Source of the DNA: an uncultured Acidobacteriota bacterium
Lineage (GTDB): Bacteria > Acidobacteriota > Thermoanaerobaculia > Thermoanaerobaculales > Sulfomarinibacteraceae
Direction: 5' to 3'
DNA: 64,000 nucleotides
Assembly (NCBI GenBank): GCA_963727925.1
Contig: CAVSIS010000051.1
Span: 147,522-211,521 of the forward strand
Position 1 is the stretch's first letter, and every line of letters starts with the position of its first letter. The position numbers and the translations under genes are program-made. The notes under the pieces are model-generated. The model was not told the DNA's origin. It worked only from the letters and a program-made list of their open reading frames with translations, and searched no databases. Shown here piece after piece: positions 8,737 to 18,578 of the stretch.

Positions 8737-9733
8737 CGCCCTCGGCCGGAGGATCTGTCTCACCCATTGCGCGTCGGTTGATGGTCTCAAGGAAGGTCCG
8801 TTCGTCCTGAATACCGCGCTCCGCGAGCAGGCACTTTCGGACCGCGGTCTCGACCATGATCGCGACGTCACGTCCGGGCGCAACCGCCATCGTGTACTTG
8901 GGTACCTCGACCCCGAGGATCGGCTCGGTCGAGGTCCACGCCCGCGGTCGGTCGAGCAGCGACTCTCGCCACGCCCGTTCGCGCTCGAGGGTCTCCGGAC
9001 TCAGTTTGGTGAGCTCGATGACCAACGATACGACGACCGTCGGCGAGGTTGCGGTCATGCCGAAGTGCTTCCGCACGTCGATGATGCCAACTCCGCGCAG
9101 CTCGAGATAGTTGTGGAGCAGCTCATGGGCGGTCCCGAGAAGGCCCCGGTTGTGCGTCCGCCGAATCACGACGATGTCGTCCGCGACCAGTCGATGACCC
9201 CGGTACACCAGCTCCAAGGCGCACTCGCTCTTCCCGATCCCCGCGTCCCCGATGATCAAGGTGCCCATCGAGAAGACGTCCACCAACACACCATGGCGCT
9301 GCACCCGAGGGGCGAGCGCGTCCTCGAGGTAGGCCGAAACCGACTCGATGACATCCGAAGTCTTGGCCTCAGTACACAGCAACGGTACCCGTTCCCGCTC
9401 ACAACACTCGATCACCGCCGGCCGGGGACGGTTTCCCTTGGTTGCGACCAGCGCCGGCACACCCATGCGGATCAGCTGTGTAAGCCGGCCGTCGGCATCC
9501 TGTTGCTCGAGCGTTGCGAGAAAGGCAAACTCGGACTCACCAAGGATCTGAAGACGACCCGGTTTGACGTACGGCAGGTAGCCCGCAAGGGCAAGTCCCG
9601 GCTTCTGTATGCGCGGGTTGGTGACGGTCCGCTCGTCCAGGCCCGCCTCTCCAGCGATCACCTCGAGCTCGAGTGGTTGCAGAGTTCTCTCGAGGAGGAG
9701 ATGGCGCACCGGGAGGGGGGACGGAACGGTCAC
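8729..9733 (-). CDS. hprK: HPr kinase/phosphorylase (full-length type)
   Basis: 334 aa. GTLIIGDAGIGKSECALELVYRGHRLVADD is the P-loop signature and LELRGVGIIDV follows. The GTG start forms a GTGA overlap with the ptsN stop. Confidence 0.9.
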   Translation of the reverse strand: MTVPSPLPVRHLLLERTLQPLELEVIAGEAGLDERTVTNPRIQKPGLALAGYLPYVKPGRLQILGESEFAFLATLEQQDADGRLTQLIRMGVPALVATKGNRPRPAVIECCERERVPLLCTEAKTSDVIESVSAYLEDALAPRVQRHGVLVDVFSMGTLIIGDAGIGKSECALELVYRGHRLVADDIVVIRRTHNRGLLGTAHELLHNYLELRGVGIIDVRKHFGMTATSPTVVVSLVIELTKLSPETLERERAWRESLLDRPRAWTSTEPILGVEVPKYTMAVAPGRDVAIMVETAVRKCLLAERGIQDERTFLETINRRAMGETDPPAEGDG

Positions 9734-10194
9734 AGACCCTCGGCCTCTGCAGTGCGGCGCAGGGCGCCAAGGACGGCGTCCTCGTCCGGTGCCTCGAGCA
9801 GCTCGGTACGCAGGTCGTCCCGCTTCAGAACGCGGGCGATCTGGCTCAGCACCTGGAGGTGGGCAGCGGGCTGGTCCGGAGGCGAAAGAACGACGAACAG
9901 AAAGCGTGATGGTCTGCCATCGGGCGAGTTGAAGTCGACCCCTCGTCGAAGACGCGCGAGGGCAACCGCAATCCTCTTGATACCGGACATCTTGCAGTGT
10001 GGAATCGCGAACGAGTCGCCGACCGATGTCGATCCGAGCCGCTCGCGTTCCAGCAACGCCGACACCACCCGTTCGGAGGTTACGCCAAGGCCGTCGGCGA
10101 GCAGCCCCGCCACTGCCTGGAGCGCACCTGGTACGTCGTCAGCCTCGAGTCCGAGGTGGATGTCATCGACGCTGATCAGTTCATGGAGCTTCAC
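9730..10194 (-). CDS. ptsN: PTS-Ntr EIIA (PtsN)
   Basis: 154 aa. STSVGDSFAIPHCK carries the active His, and LFVVLSP is typical of the EIIA(Ntr/Fru) fold. It sits in the conserved position after hpf and rpoN. Confidence 0.85.
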   Translation of the reverse strand: MKLHELISVDDIHLGLEADDVPGALQAVAGLLADGLGVTSERVVSALLERERLGSTSVGDSFAIPHCKMSGIKRIAVALARLRRGVDFNSPDGRPSRFLFVVLSPPDQPAAHLQVLSQIARVLKRDDLRTELLEAPDEDAVLGALRRTAEAEGL

Positions 10195-10195
10195 G

Positions 10196-10741
10196 TCAGA
10201 ACTCGGGCGTGATCAACCCGAGGTTGTTGTCGCGCCGTCGATACAGGACGTTGACCCGGTCGGAACCGGCGTTGCGGAACACGATGAATTCGTTGCCCGA
10301 ACCCTGCAGCTGCATCATCGCTTCGTCGATCGTCATCGGCTTGACCTGGATCGAGGTCCGCGTCACGATCACCGGCTCCCCTGCGGCCACCGAGTCCGGC
10401 TCCAGGACATCCTCGCTCCAGTCCGGTGATTCCTTGACGACGTCGAGGTGGCGCTTGTTCTCCTTGAGGCGGCTCTTGGCCTTGCGGGCCTGCATCTCGA
10501 GCTTGTCGATCGCCTCCTGAATGGCGGTCGTCAGGTCCTTGTTCTGGACCGTCGATCTGATGTCGAAGTCCTTGCCCTTGATGAAGATGTCGGCAGCAAA
10601 GAGGTGCCGCTCATGGGCCAGCTCGACGCGCACGTCGATGATGTCGTTGAAGTACTTTCCTACCTTCGCCAGCTTGCGTTCGGTTAGCTCACGAACAGGA
10701 TCGGTGAGGCTCACCTTGCGCGCGATGTACTCGATCTTCAT
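10196..10741 (-). CDS. hpf: Ribosome hibernation promoting factor, long form
   Basis: 181 aa. The N-terminal sigma-54 modulation/S30AE domain reads MKIEYIARKVSLTDPVRELTERKLAKVGKYF. The C-terminal dimerisation domain reads PMTIDEAMMQLQGSGNEFIVFRN. Confidence 0.9.
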   Translation of the reverse strand: MKIEYIARKVSLTDPVRELTERKLAKVGKYFNDIIDVRVELAHERHLFAADIFIKGKDFDIRSTVQNKDLTTAIQEAIDKLEMQARKAKSRLKENKRHLDVVKESPDWSEDVLEPDSVAAGEPVIVTRTSIQVKPMTIDEAMMQLQGSGNEFIVFRNAGSDRVNVLYRRRDNNLGLITPEF

Positions 10742-10766
10742 TCGTTCACTCCTCGTTGGTGGTCGG

Positions 10767-12311
10767 TCAGAAGAACCTCTTGCGCTTGTCCGATGACGGG
10801 ATCTGCAGCTCCTCTCTGTACTTGGCGACCGTGCGCCTGGCGAGTCGGATCCCTTCGCGCTGAAGCATTTTCATGATCTTCGAGTCGGACAACGGACGGG
10901 CCGGATCCTCGGCCTCGACGAGCTTCTTGATGCGTTCCTTCACGACTAGCGACGAGACGTTGTCGCCCTTGGCGGAGTCGACCCCCGAGTGGAAGAAGAA
11001 CTTCATTGGAAACAGACCGCGCGGTGTGTACATGTACTTGTTGCTGACGACGCGGGAAATGGTCGACTCGTGCATCCCGATGTCCTCGGCTACCTGACGG
11101 AGCACCATCGGTTTGAGGTGCTCGATGCCGTAGTCGAGGAATCCACGTTGGAAGCCAACGATACTGTGGGCGACCTTGTAAATCGTGCGTTGACGCTGAT
11201 CGATGCTCTTCATCAGCCACAGCGCGTTGCGCATCTTCTCTTTCAGATAGGACGTCACCTGGGGGTCGAGCGACGCGCCCTCCAGCATCCTGGCGTACCT
11301 GGAGTTGATCCGGAGCCTGGGGAGCCCGTCGTCGTTGAGGGCGATCAGGTACTCTCCGTCCGTCTTGCGGACGTAGACATCGGGCTCGATGTAGATGTTA
11401 CGCTCGCTCCGATAGTTCCGTCCCGGCTTGGGCTCGAGGCGGTGAATCACCTCGAGTATCGGCCTGAGCTCCTGCGGCTCGCAGTCGAGCACGCCCGCGA
11501 GCAACTCCCAACGTTGGTGCAGAAATGTGTCCCAGTGCTCCCCAACGACCATGCGAACGCGGCCGAGGAGATTGGCCTCGTCGCCGCCGGCGGTGGAGCA
11601 GAGAACCTCGACCTGCGCCAGGAGGCACTCCTGCAGGGTCCGAGCGGCGATGCCAGGCGGATCGAGGGAGCGGACGACGGCAAGCGCCCGCTCAACGTCG
11701 TCGGGCGAAGCACCACTTGCGCGCCGGATCTCCTCGTCGGACGCGCGAAGGTATCCGTCTTCGTCGAGGTTTCCGATCACGTACTCGGCGATGTCGACGA
11801 GGCGCGGCGGGCAGCTCATCAGATGCAGCTGCCAGACGAGGTGGTCGTAGAGCCCGGGCGATGCGGACAGCACGTTCTCCAGCGGGACGTTCTCGTCATC
11901 CAGGGACCGGGCCATCGAAGGCCCTTCCGGCCGGCTGTCACCGAGATAGTCCGAAAAGAAAGCCTCGACGTCGATATCGTCGTATGCTTCTTGGTCGCTC
12001 GGTAGGATCGGCTCATCCTCCGATCCAGGTTGTGCAAGGTCGCCCACCCCGTCCCACTCCTCCCCAGCCCCTGCGGGTGCGTCCGAGGCTTCGGCAGGTG
12101 CTTCCGTGGATGTGGCCTGTTCGGCTTCCTGGGCGGACGTCTCCTCGGCAGTTTCTTCCGCATCGAGCACGGGGTTCTCGAGGATCTCCTGCGATATTGC
12201 TTCCTCGAGCTCCAGCCGTGAAAGCTGAAGCAGCTTGATCGCTTGCTGCAGCGACGGTGTCATCACCAGCCGCTGCGCGAGCTTGAGGCGGAGCTTTTGT
12301 TCGAGCGCCAT
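10767..12311 (-). CDS. rpoN: RNA polymerase sigma-54 factor
   Basis: 514 aa. MALEQKLRLKLAQRLVMTPSLQQAIKLLQLSRLELEEAI is region I. An acidic region II follows. The C-terminal HTH and RpoN box read HESTISRVVSNKYMYTPRGLFPMKFFF. Confidence 0.95.
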   Translation of the reverse strand: MALEQKLRLKLAQRLVMTPSLQQAIKLLQLSRLELEEAISQEILENPVLDAEETAEETSAQEAEQATSTEAPAEASDAPAGAGEEWDGVGDLAQPGSEDEPILPSDQEAYDDIDVEAFFSDYLGDSRPEGPSMARSLDDENVPLENVLSASPGLYDHLVWQLHLMSCPPRLVDIAEYVIGNLDEDGYLRASDEEIRRASGASPDDVERALAVVRSLDPPGIAARTLQECLLAQVEVLCSTAGGDEANLLGRVRMVVGEHWDTFLHQRWELLAGVLDCEPQELRPILEVIHRLEPKPGRNYRSERNIYIEPDVYVRKTDGEYLIALNDDGLPRLRINSRYARMLEGASLDPQVTSYLKEKMRNALWLMKSIDQRQRTIYKVAHSIVGFQRGFLDYGIEHLKPMVLRQVAEDIGMHESTISRVVSNKYMYTPRGLFPMKFFFHSGVDSAKGDNVSSLVVKERIKKLVEAEDPARPLSDSKIMKMLQREGIRLARRTVAKYREELQIPSSDKRKRFF

Positions 12312-12314
12312 GAT

Positions 12315-13049
12315 CTAGAGTCGAAAATCCTCGCCGAGATAAATCCGCCGGACGTCCGCATTTTCGGCGAGCTCGTCCGGAGGTCCGGCAGCAAAAATCT
12401 TGCCGTCCTTGATTATATAGGCGCGGTCAGTGATCTTCAATGTCTCCCGAACGTTGTGGTCAGTGATCAAAACGCCTATTCCCAGTGATTTGAGATGACG
12501 GATGATGCGCTGGAGGTCGAGCACGGCGATCGGGTCGATGCCCGCAAACGGCTCGTCGAGGAGGATGAAGGTCGGATCGATGGCCAGTGCGCGAGCGATC
12601 TCGAGACGACGCCGCTCGCCCCCAGAGAGCGTCTCGGCCCGCTGCTCCCTCCGATCCCAGAGCCCGAACTCCTGCAAAAGGTCGCAGATCCGCTCATGGG
12701 CTGTCACCCCGTCGACGCCTAGGGACTCGAGCACGAGCCAGATGTTGTCCTCGGTCGACAGGCGCTTGAAAGCGCTGGCCTCCTGGGGCAGGTAGGCGAT
12801 ACCCATTCGTGCGCGGCGGTACATTGGCTGATCGGTGATATTGCGGTCACCGAGCACAACCTCACCTGCCCCGGGCTCGACCAGCCCGACGAGCATGTAG
12901 AAAGTCGTGGTCTTGCCAGCGCCGTTGGGGCCGAGCAGGCCGACGATCTCGCCCGGGGAGATACTGAGCGTGACGTCGTCGACGACCCACCGACCGCGAT
13001 AGGACTTGCGCAGACCCCTGCCAGCGAGGTCGAGAGCCTTGGGACTCAG
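12315..13049 (-). CDS. lptB: LPS export ABC transporter ATPase LptB (predicted CTG initiation)
   Basis: The track ORF (12315..12896) starts inside the Walker A region (..TTTFYM). The same frame stays open upstream and reads [52 protein letters not shown]. The signature [15 protein letters not shown] and Walker [13 protein letters not shown] are present. The only plausible start is CTG 13049..13047, with GGAGGA at 13061..13056. Confidence 0.88.
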   Translation of the reverse strand: MSPKALDLAGRGLRKSYRGRWVVDDVTLSISPGEIVGLLGPNGAGKTTTFYMLVGLVEPGAGEVVLGDRNITDQPMYRRARMGIAYLPQEASAFKRLSTEDNIWLVLESLGVDGVTAHERICDLLQEFGLWDRREQRAETLSGGERRRLEIARALAIDPTFILLDEPFAGIDPIAVLDLQRIIRHLKSLGIGVLITDHNVRETLKITDRAYIIKDGKIFAAGPPDELAENADVRRIYLGEDFRL

Positions 13050-15016
13050 GGCTTTTCCTCCGGATGGTAGATCGTCTCCGTGCCCCCGGAGACCGTGACC
13101 CTACCACTGGTCCTATCCCAGGTCAACGAAGCGGCATTGGTCACATTGCCCTTCTCGTCCGTGAGTTGGGCCGGGTTGCCAGTGAGCTCGACGGTCTGGG
13201 TGGACCACTGCCAGAGGGCGTGGTCCCCCTTCATCCGGCGGCCGGTCGCCGGCTCGACGATGTCGACCGCTCCGGTCGCCTCCACGACACTCACCGAATC
13301 GTCTTCTCCGAAGATGATGTCGACCTCGCCTGCAGTAAGAACGTACTCGCCGTCGGAGTAGCGGACGTCACCCTCGTACACCGCGCGCTTTGCGCCACGG
13401 TCGTAGGTCAGGGCCTTGGCGACGATGAGGACCTCTCCGCCGCCAGCGGACGCATGGCTCCCTCCAGAGGCGCCGGAGGCGGCGATTGAAGGAAACGTCG
13501 TGCGAACGTGGCCAGACGCATCGAGCGTTTCCTGCATTCGCCTGTATTGGATTTCGTCCGCGAAGAGGAGGCGATCGCCCTGCCATGCGCGGGCGTTCTC
13601 CTTCAAGTGGAGATTCTCACCGCCCTCCTCGACATCGAGGACTTCCGCCGCAAAATGCAACGGAATCTCACGTGCGTTTGGTTGTCCAGCGAGCAACTCC
13701 ATTCTTTGGACCTGGCCTTGAACGTTGCCGCGGGCCTGAGCCCGCTTCTCGCGCTCGAAAAGGTGGACCTGGTCGGCGACGATCTCCGATTGACCGGAAA
13801 TCAGCCTCGCCCGCACGCCTCGGACCGCGTCTCCGTTGAGCATCGCAAGGCCGGTCGCGGCGACAAGTCGAGCGTGGTGACCGGTGGCTCGTATGTCGTC
13901 ACTCGAAAGCACGACGTTTCCGTCAAGATCGACATCTCCCGCGCCGGACTTCCCCAGCCGCAGTCGGGCAGTGACCGCCGATCCGTTTCGCGGAGCGCCC
14001 GTCATCGGAATGTCCGTCAGGCACACGCCGTCGTCCGCTCTCACGTTCTCCAGTCCGTGCTCAGCTACCGCTGCTCGCAGCACCCAGCAGCGAAGGCGGC
14101 GCTCGAGGATTTCCTCCCCTCCGCGCAGCAATAGCTCAACCCACGGGCCGTCAGTCGTCGCCGTGACCTGCCACCGGGTCTCTCCGTCTCGGACAGCGAC
14201 GATCTCCTGGGCCCAACCGTCGAGGGTGCCCTGCTGCTCTCCAGCGGGTCCTGAGAGGGTCACGCCACCCAGGAAGTGGAATCGCGCCGGCGGGCCCTGG
14301 ACGCTCTCCAGCGTGACCGTAGCGCGTGGGGCCACAATCTCGGACCCGGCTCGGTCGAGGTGGCAGCCTTTCGGCAGCTCGACACGGCGATCGCCGCGCC
14401 GGTACACCACCTCCGGTGCGCGCAAGCTCCCGCCCGCCGCAAGCCTCACCACGACATCCTCGAGGGTCAGCACGTCATCGGTGAGCAGGTAGACCGCCTT
14501 GGCTGCGCGGCCGATGGCGCCCCCACCCGAGAACACCACGTCCGTCGAGGTCGAAAACACGCGCGAGGAAGCGTCGAAAACACCCTTCTCCGTTGTGACG
14601 AACCCGCCATCGGGGAACTCGAAGTGGATCGCTCCTGACAGCTTGGCGTCGCGGGTCTCCCTGTTGAAGCTCGCAGAGTCGCAGGTCAGAACGGCCCCCC
14701 CAATGCCTCTGTTGTAGAACTGGAGGCGCACCCCTTCGATCTGGTGCCAGCCGGATGCCAGTCCGAGGGTCCTCACCGACTTCAAGGCAAAGAGGATCTT
14801 GCCGGCCACGCTTTCGGTGTACTCGAGCCCCCCGTAAACGCTCACCGCCTCGCCGCCGCCACCCGCGTCCTCCCCCACGGTAGGTGGAGAGACCCCGCCG
14901 ACCTGTCCCTTGAGAGCGCGGGCGCGGATCACAGCGAGTGCGGCGACACCCACCAACGACGCCACGAGGAGCAGTGCAGAGAACCTGCGCAGCACGAGCT
15001 TGCCGGTTCGTCTCAA
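13046..15016 (-). CDS. Membrane-anchored LptC/LptA-like (OstA-fold) periplasmic LPS-bridge protein, fused and expanded
   Basis: 656 aa. The N-terminal anchor is [21 protein letters not shown]. Repeated beta-rich segments follow with LptC/LptA-type patterns. The C-terminus ([34 protein letters not shown]...ATGAVDIV...[38 protein letters not shown]) resembles LptA. It sits directly upstream of lptB, where lptC-lptA normally lie. TTG start at 15016 comes from the ORF track; the in-frame GTG at codon 8 is an alternative. Confidence 0.55.
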   Translation of the reverse strand: MRRTGKLVLRRFSALLLVASLVGVAALAVIRARALKGQVGGVSPPTVGEDAGGGGEAVSVYGGLEYTESVAGKILFALKSVRTLGLASGWHQIEGVRLQFYNRGIGGAVLTCDSASFNRETRDAKLSGAIHFEFPDGGFVTTEKGVFDASSRVFSTSTDVVFSGGGAIGRAAKAVYLLTDDVLTLEDVVVRLAAGGSLRAPEVVYRRGDRRVELPKGCHLDRAGSEIVAPRATVTLESVQGPPARFHFLGGVTLSGPAGEQQGTLDGWAQEIVAVRDGETRWQVTATTDGPWVELLLRGGEEILERRLRCWVLRAAVAEHGLENVRADDGVCLTDIPMTGAPRNGSAVTARLRLGKSGAGDVDLDGNVVLSSDDIRATGHHARLVAATGLAMLNGDAVRGVRARLISGQSEIVADQVHLFEREKRAQARGNVQGQVQRMELLAGQPNAREIPLHFAAEVLDVEEGGENLHLKENARAWQGDRLLFADEIQYRRMQETLDASGHVRTTFPSIAASGASGGSHASAGGGEVLIVAKALTYDRGAKRAVYEGDVRYSDGEYVLTAGEVDIIFGEDDSVSVVEATGAVDIVEPATGRRMKGDHALWQWSTQTVELTGNPAQLTDEKGNVTNAASLTWDRTSGRVTVSGGTETIYHPEEKP

Positions 15017-15089
15017 GAGCGCACTCCGTTCGCCCAGCCTGAAGAGCCGGCTGCGGCGGCGTTTGGCGTGGTCGGGTGCATGCCTGCGG

Positions 15090-16043
15090 TCAGCGCTCGG
15101 TGAACACGCCGAGGTCCCGGTACTTCTTCGCCCGCCTCGCGATCAGGACCTGAGGCTTGAGCCGAGACAGGACGCGAAGGTGCTGGCGCAGGTGTCGGCC
15201 TACGTTCTGGGCCATCACCGCGGCGTCGGTGTGGGCGCCGCCGGGAGGCTCGGGGATGATCTCGTCGGCGACGCCGAGCTCCTTGAGGTCGTGGGCTGTC
15301 AGTCGGAGGGCCCGAGCCGCATCCTCGGCCCGGGACTGGTCCTTCCACAAAATGGCGGCACAACCCTCCGGCGAGATCACGGAGTAGACCGCGTTCTCCA
15401 GCATCAGGACACGATCTGTCACACCGAGTGCAAGGGCGCCGCCGGAGCCGCCCTCGCCGGTGACCACTGCCACGATCGGTACCGGCAGGCCAGCCATCGT
15501 GATCAGATTGGTGGCGATCGCCTCGGCTTGACCGCGCTCCTCGGCATCGATCCCCGGATAGGCCCCGGGAGTGTCGATGAAGGTCACAATCGGACGCCCG
15601 AAACGAGCCGCTAGGTCCATCACCCTGAGCGCCTTCCGATATCCCTCTGGACGCGGCATGCCGAAGTTTCGACGCACCTTCTCGGCGGTGTCGCGGCCCT
15701 TCTGATGACCCATGACCGCAACCGGCTCGCCGTCGAGCAGCGCGAAACCGGCCACGATCGCGGGATCGTCCGCAAACCGTCGGTCGCCGTGGAGCTCGGT
15801 GAAGTCGGTGAAAATGCCGTGAATGTAAGCCAAGGTGTAGGGCCGGTCAGGATGCCGTGCAAGCTGGCACCGCTGCCACGGTGTCAGGTTGGCGAAGATC
15901 CTCCGGATCGTTGTCGTCAACTCATGCCGCTCCTGCTCGAGGGCCCGCGTCCGCGCGGTCGCGCCCGCTTCCGCTTCGAGATCACGGATCCGCGCGCGGA
16001 TCGCCTCGATCGGCTCCAGAAACGGCAGCGGTGGAGTGGCCAT
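15090..16043 (-). CDS. accA: Acetyl-CoA carboxylase carboxyltransferase subunit alpha
   Basis: 317 aa. The motifs are [35 protein letters not shown] and [13 protein letters not shown]. Confidence 0.93.
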   Translation of the reverse strand: MATPPLPFLEPIEAIRARIRDLEAEAGATARTRALEQERHELTTTIRRIFANLTPWQRCQLARHPDRPYTLAYIHGIFTDFTELHGDRRFADDPAIVAGFALLDGEPVAVMGHQKGRDTAEKVRRNFGMPRPEGYRKALRVMDLAARFGRPIVTFIDTPGAYPGIDAEERGQAEAIATNLITMAGLPVPIVAVVTGEGGSGGALALGVTDRVLMLENAVYSVISPEGCAAILWKDQSRAEDAARALRLTAHDLKELGVADEIIPEPPGGAHTDAAVMAQNVGRHLRQHLRVLSRLKPQVLIARRAKKYRDLGVFTER

Positions 16044-16102
16044 CCGGCGGAGAGTAACAAAGGCCCTGCTCAGGGGTCAATCGAGCGGAGCCCGCGAGAT
16101 GA

Positions 16103-16900
16103 TCACCCGGCCTTGGAGCAGCGCAGCAGAATCACCGTCACGTTGTCGTTTCCACCGTGCTGGTTCGCTGCGACAACTAGCTGTTGACCGAGATCTTTCA
16201 GGCTGCTATCGGGGCTCAGGATCTCCGCGATCTCGTCGTCGGTGAGCATCGAGTTGAGGCCGTCGGAGCACAGCAGATAGAGGTCTCCATCGTCCATCTC
16301 GGTCTCGAATATGTCGACCCGAGGCTCGGTGGATCCCCCAAGCGCCTGCGTCACGACGTTCTTCAGGGGATGCGACCGTGCCGCCTCCTCGGATAGGAAG
16401 CCCGCCTGGACTTGCTCGTGGACCCAGGAATGGTCCTCGGTGAGGAGCTCGAACTTCGCGTCCCGCAGTCGGTAGGCGCGACTGTCTCCAACGTGGCAGA
16501 TCGTCAACATGCGGCTTCCCGTCGAGTGGACGGCTACCACCACCGTCGTACCCATTCCCTTGAGATTCGTGTCCCGCGTGACTGCACCGGTGACCCTCTG
16601 GTGCCCGGCGAGGACGGCGTCCACGACCAAGTTGGCAGTTCGGCTCCGCTCCGGGGCCCAGTGGTCGGGCCAGGTCTCCTGGTTCGACCCTCCCGCTCGT
16701 TCGGAAAGGGTGTGCAGGATCTCCTCCGCCGCGAGTCGAGACGCGACCTCCCCGGCAGCATGACCTCCCATACCATCGGCAACCAGAAAGATGCCGCGTT
16801 CGGGATCGGTCACGAAGGTATCCTCGTTGACCCGTCGCTTCATGCCGACGTCGGTTATACCCCAAGCCTCAACGGCCAAGCTCGACACGGACGCTTCCAC
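16103..16900 (-). CDS. PP2C-family Ser/Thr protein phosphatase
   Basis: The motifs are GITDVGMKRRVNEDTF, LVADGMGGHAAGEVAS, LLCSDGL and GGNDNVTVILL. I trimmed the start to GTG 16900 because the upstream DnaJ/TPR gene stops at 16911..16913. Confidence 0.85.
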   Translation of the reverse strand: MEASVSSLAVEAWGITDVGMKRRVNEDTFVTDPERGIFLVADGMGGHAAGEVASRLAAEEILHTLSERAGGSNQETWPDHWAPERSRTANLVVDAVLAGHQRVTGAVTRDTNLKGMGTTVVVAVHSTGSRMLTICHVGDSRAYRLRDAKFELLTEDHSWVHEQVQAGFLSEEAARSHPLKNVVTQALGGSTEPRVDIFETEMDDGDLYLLCSDGLNSMLTDDEIAEILSPDSSLKDLGQQLVVAANQHGGNDNVTVILLRCSKAG

Positions 16901-16910
16901 CTGTCCCCCT

Positions 16911-17573
16911 TCACCCCTTGCGTCGGAATCGGTCGAGCAACCCGCCGCCGGATTGGGCCCTTTCCTCGGTGTCAAGCTGCGCCAGGACCTCGAGGGCCTT
17001 GCTGTTGGTCGGATCCAGGCCAAGCGCCTCCTCGGCGAGGCGCCGCGCCCGATTGCTCATCTTTGCGGCCGCAGCCAAAGAGGCGCCCTCGGCGAGGATG
17101 GTCGGATTGTTGGGCTCGAGCTGGGCGGAGCGGTCCAGGTGGCGAAGCGCCTCCCGCTCGTGCCCTTTTGCTCGCGACAGCACGCCACCCAGAAAGTAGT
17201 GCGCACGGGCGTTCGACTCATCGTGGTCCACTGCTGATTCGAGCAGCTCGAGGGCCTCGTGGAGCTTCCCTTCGCGGATCGCCTGGGCCCCCTTGCCGGT
17301 CAGGCGGCGAGAGATCTCGCGCGGGTCCATCGCCTTCGATTTCCCACCGACGTAGATGTCGCGGTCGTAACGATCCCGCGCTTCAGGACGGCTGAGAACG
17401 TTGAATGCCTCGGTGATGGACTGGAAGCGCTCCTCGGCCTGCTGCCTTTCGGCGCCCATGAAGCGGTCGGGGTGATTCTCCAGCGCGAGCTTGCGGAACG
17501 CAGCTCGTATCTCCTGCTCACTGGCGTCAGAGCCGACGCCGAGAACGTCATAGTAGGTGGGTCGATAGCTCAT
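16911..17573 (-). CDS. J-domain (DnaJ-like) protein with TPR repeats
   Basis: MSYRPTYYDVLGVGSDASEQEIRAAFRKLALENHPDR is a J-domain containing HPD. The C-terminal half has TPR-like repeats (AHYFLGGVLSRAKGHEREALRHLDRSAQLEPNN). Confidence 0.8.
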   Translation of the reverse strand: MSYRPTYYDVLGVGSDASEQEIRAAFRKLALENHPDRFMGAERQQAEERFQSITEAFNVLSRPEARDRYDRDIYVGGKSKAMDPREISRRLTGKGAQAIREGKLHEALELLESAVDHDESNARAHYFLGGVLSRAKGHEREALRHLDRSAQLEPNNPTILAEGASLAAAAKMSNRARRLAEEALGLDPTNSKALEVLAQLDTEERAQSGGGLLDRFRRKG

Positions 17574-17672
17574 ATGCCGCTCGGGCGGAGAGCGCGCCGA
17601 ACCTTCATGCTTCTACGGGCATGTGTACCACAGCTGTCGCCGGTGCGCAACGCGGTCGGCGTTGTATCGTGC

Positions 17673-18578
17673 TCATTCAGAGACATCGTCGTTCCCACGC
17701 GCGGTTTCGGTCAGCTCGGATCGCAAGCGCTGCCGGAGACGCACGACCTCGAGCCCTGGCAGCCTGCGCTCCTCGGCGAGCAGGCCTCGCAACGACCACT
17801 TCCGGAGTGCCAGGCGCGTGAGCTGCCGCGCAAGAACCGCCCGCTCGTCACCGCTCTCTCGCCAATCTCCGCGAACCCGCGCCGCAAACCGTGGAATCGC
17901 TGTCGTCACCCAGCCCGGAAGGGTCCCGAGGCGGACCTCGTCGGCAAGCTCCCTGGCGAGAATACGGCCTTCCGCCAGCAAGACCGCCGTCAGCGTCAGG
18001 GCGACAACCGCCGCGGCCGACCCTACCGCGACCACAGCGCGCGGGCCATTGCCAAGGGCTGCCGCGACGCTCATATGAACAGCCGCCGTGCCGCCAGACC
18101 ACCCTGCCAGCGCCACGGCTACCCAGAGAACTCGTCGGACGACGCCCCGGTCGATCTTCGCCGTCGCGAGTGCCGCGCCTGCCGGCACGCTTCCGGCAAT
18201 CGGTGCGACGGCTGCCGCCAGTCCAGAGCCAGTCGCCGCAGCCAGCGCCGCCCAACCGAACCCTGTCGCCAGCCCGACAACGACACCATCGGCCGGTGCA
18301 TCGAGCTCGCGCGCTGTGAGAATTGCCGCCAGCACCACGGTCACCGCAACCAGCCCATCGAGCCCGACACCGACCACACCGGAGGTGGACAACCCCGCCT
18401 GCACGCCTGCAAGCTCGGAGGTGACTGCGCCGACCGCGCCCCAGGCGAAGGACAGGACGACCTTGAGGAACGGCCGTCCCACTCGACGGTCGTGCCACCA
18501 CAGCAGTCCAACGAGGGGCAGGGTCACCATGAGTGCGGCGACGGTCATTGCAGCGAGGTAGACGACGTTCAGCGCCAC
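17673..18578 (-). CDS. Polytopic membrane protein, PrsW-family-like (catalytic motifs look degenerate)
   Basis: 301 aa with multiple hydrophobic helices. LWWHDRRVGRPFLKVVLSFAWGAV resembles the PrsW N-terminal (Y/W)xxDRxExEP..FxWGA block. The EExxK-type motif is reduced to SE. This is a weak, motif-only call. Confidence 0.4.
   Translation of the reverse strand: MALNVVYLAAMTVAALMVTLPLVGLLWWHDRRVGRPFLKVVLSFAWGAVGAVTSELAGVQAGLSTSGVVGVGLDGLVAVTVVLAAILTARELDAPADGVVVGLATGFGWAALAAATGSGLAAAVAPIAGSVPAGAALATAKIDRGVVRRVLWVAVALAGWSGGTAAVHMSVAAALGNGPRAVVAVGSAAAVVALTLTAVLLAEGRILARELADEVRLGTLPGWVTTAIPRFAARVRGDWRESGDERAVLARQLTRLALRKWSLRGLLAEERRLPGLEVVRLRQRLRSELTETARGNDDVSE

Noticed and set aside
8648-10429. 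Very long antisense ORFs opposite real genes: 8648..10429(+) 593 aa; also 58881..60674(+), 42260..43870(-), 38786..40207(-), 45073..46527(-), 36799..38142(+), 17259..18596(+), 26142..27461(+)
   Set aside because: Their translations are Arg/Pro/Gly/Ala-rich low-complexity strings with no recognisable motifs. Each lies fully opposite a gene with strong family signatures. Open antisense frames are expected in high-GC DNA.
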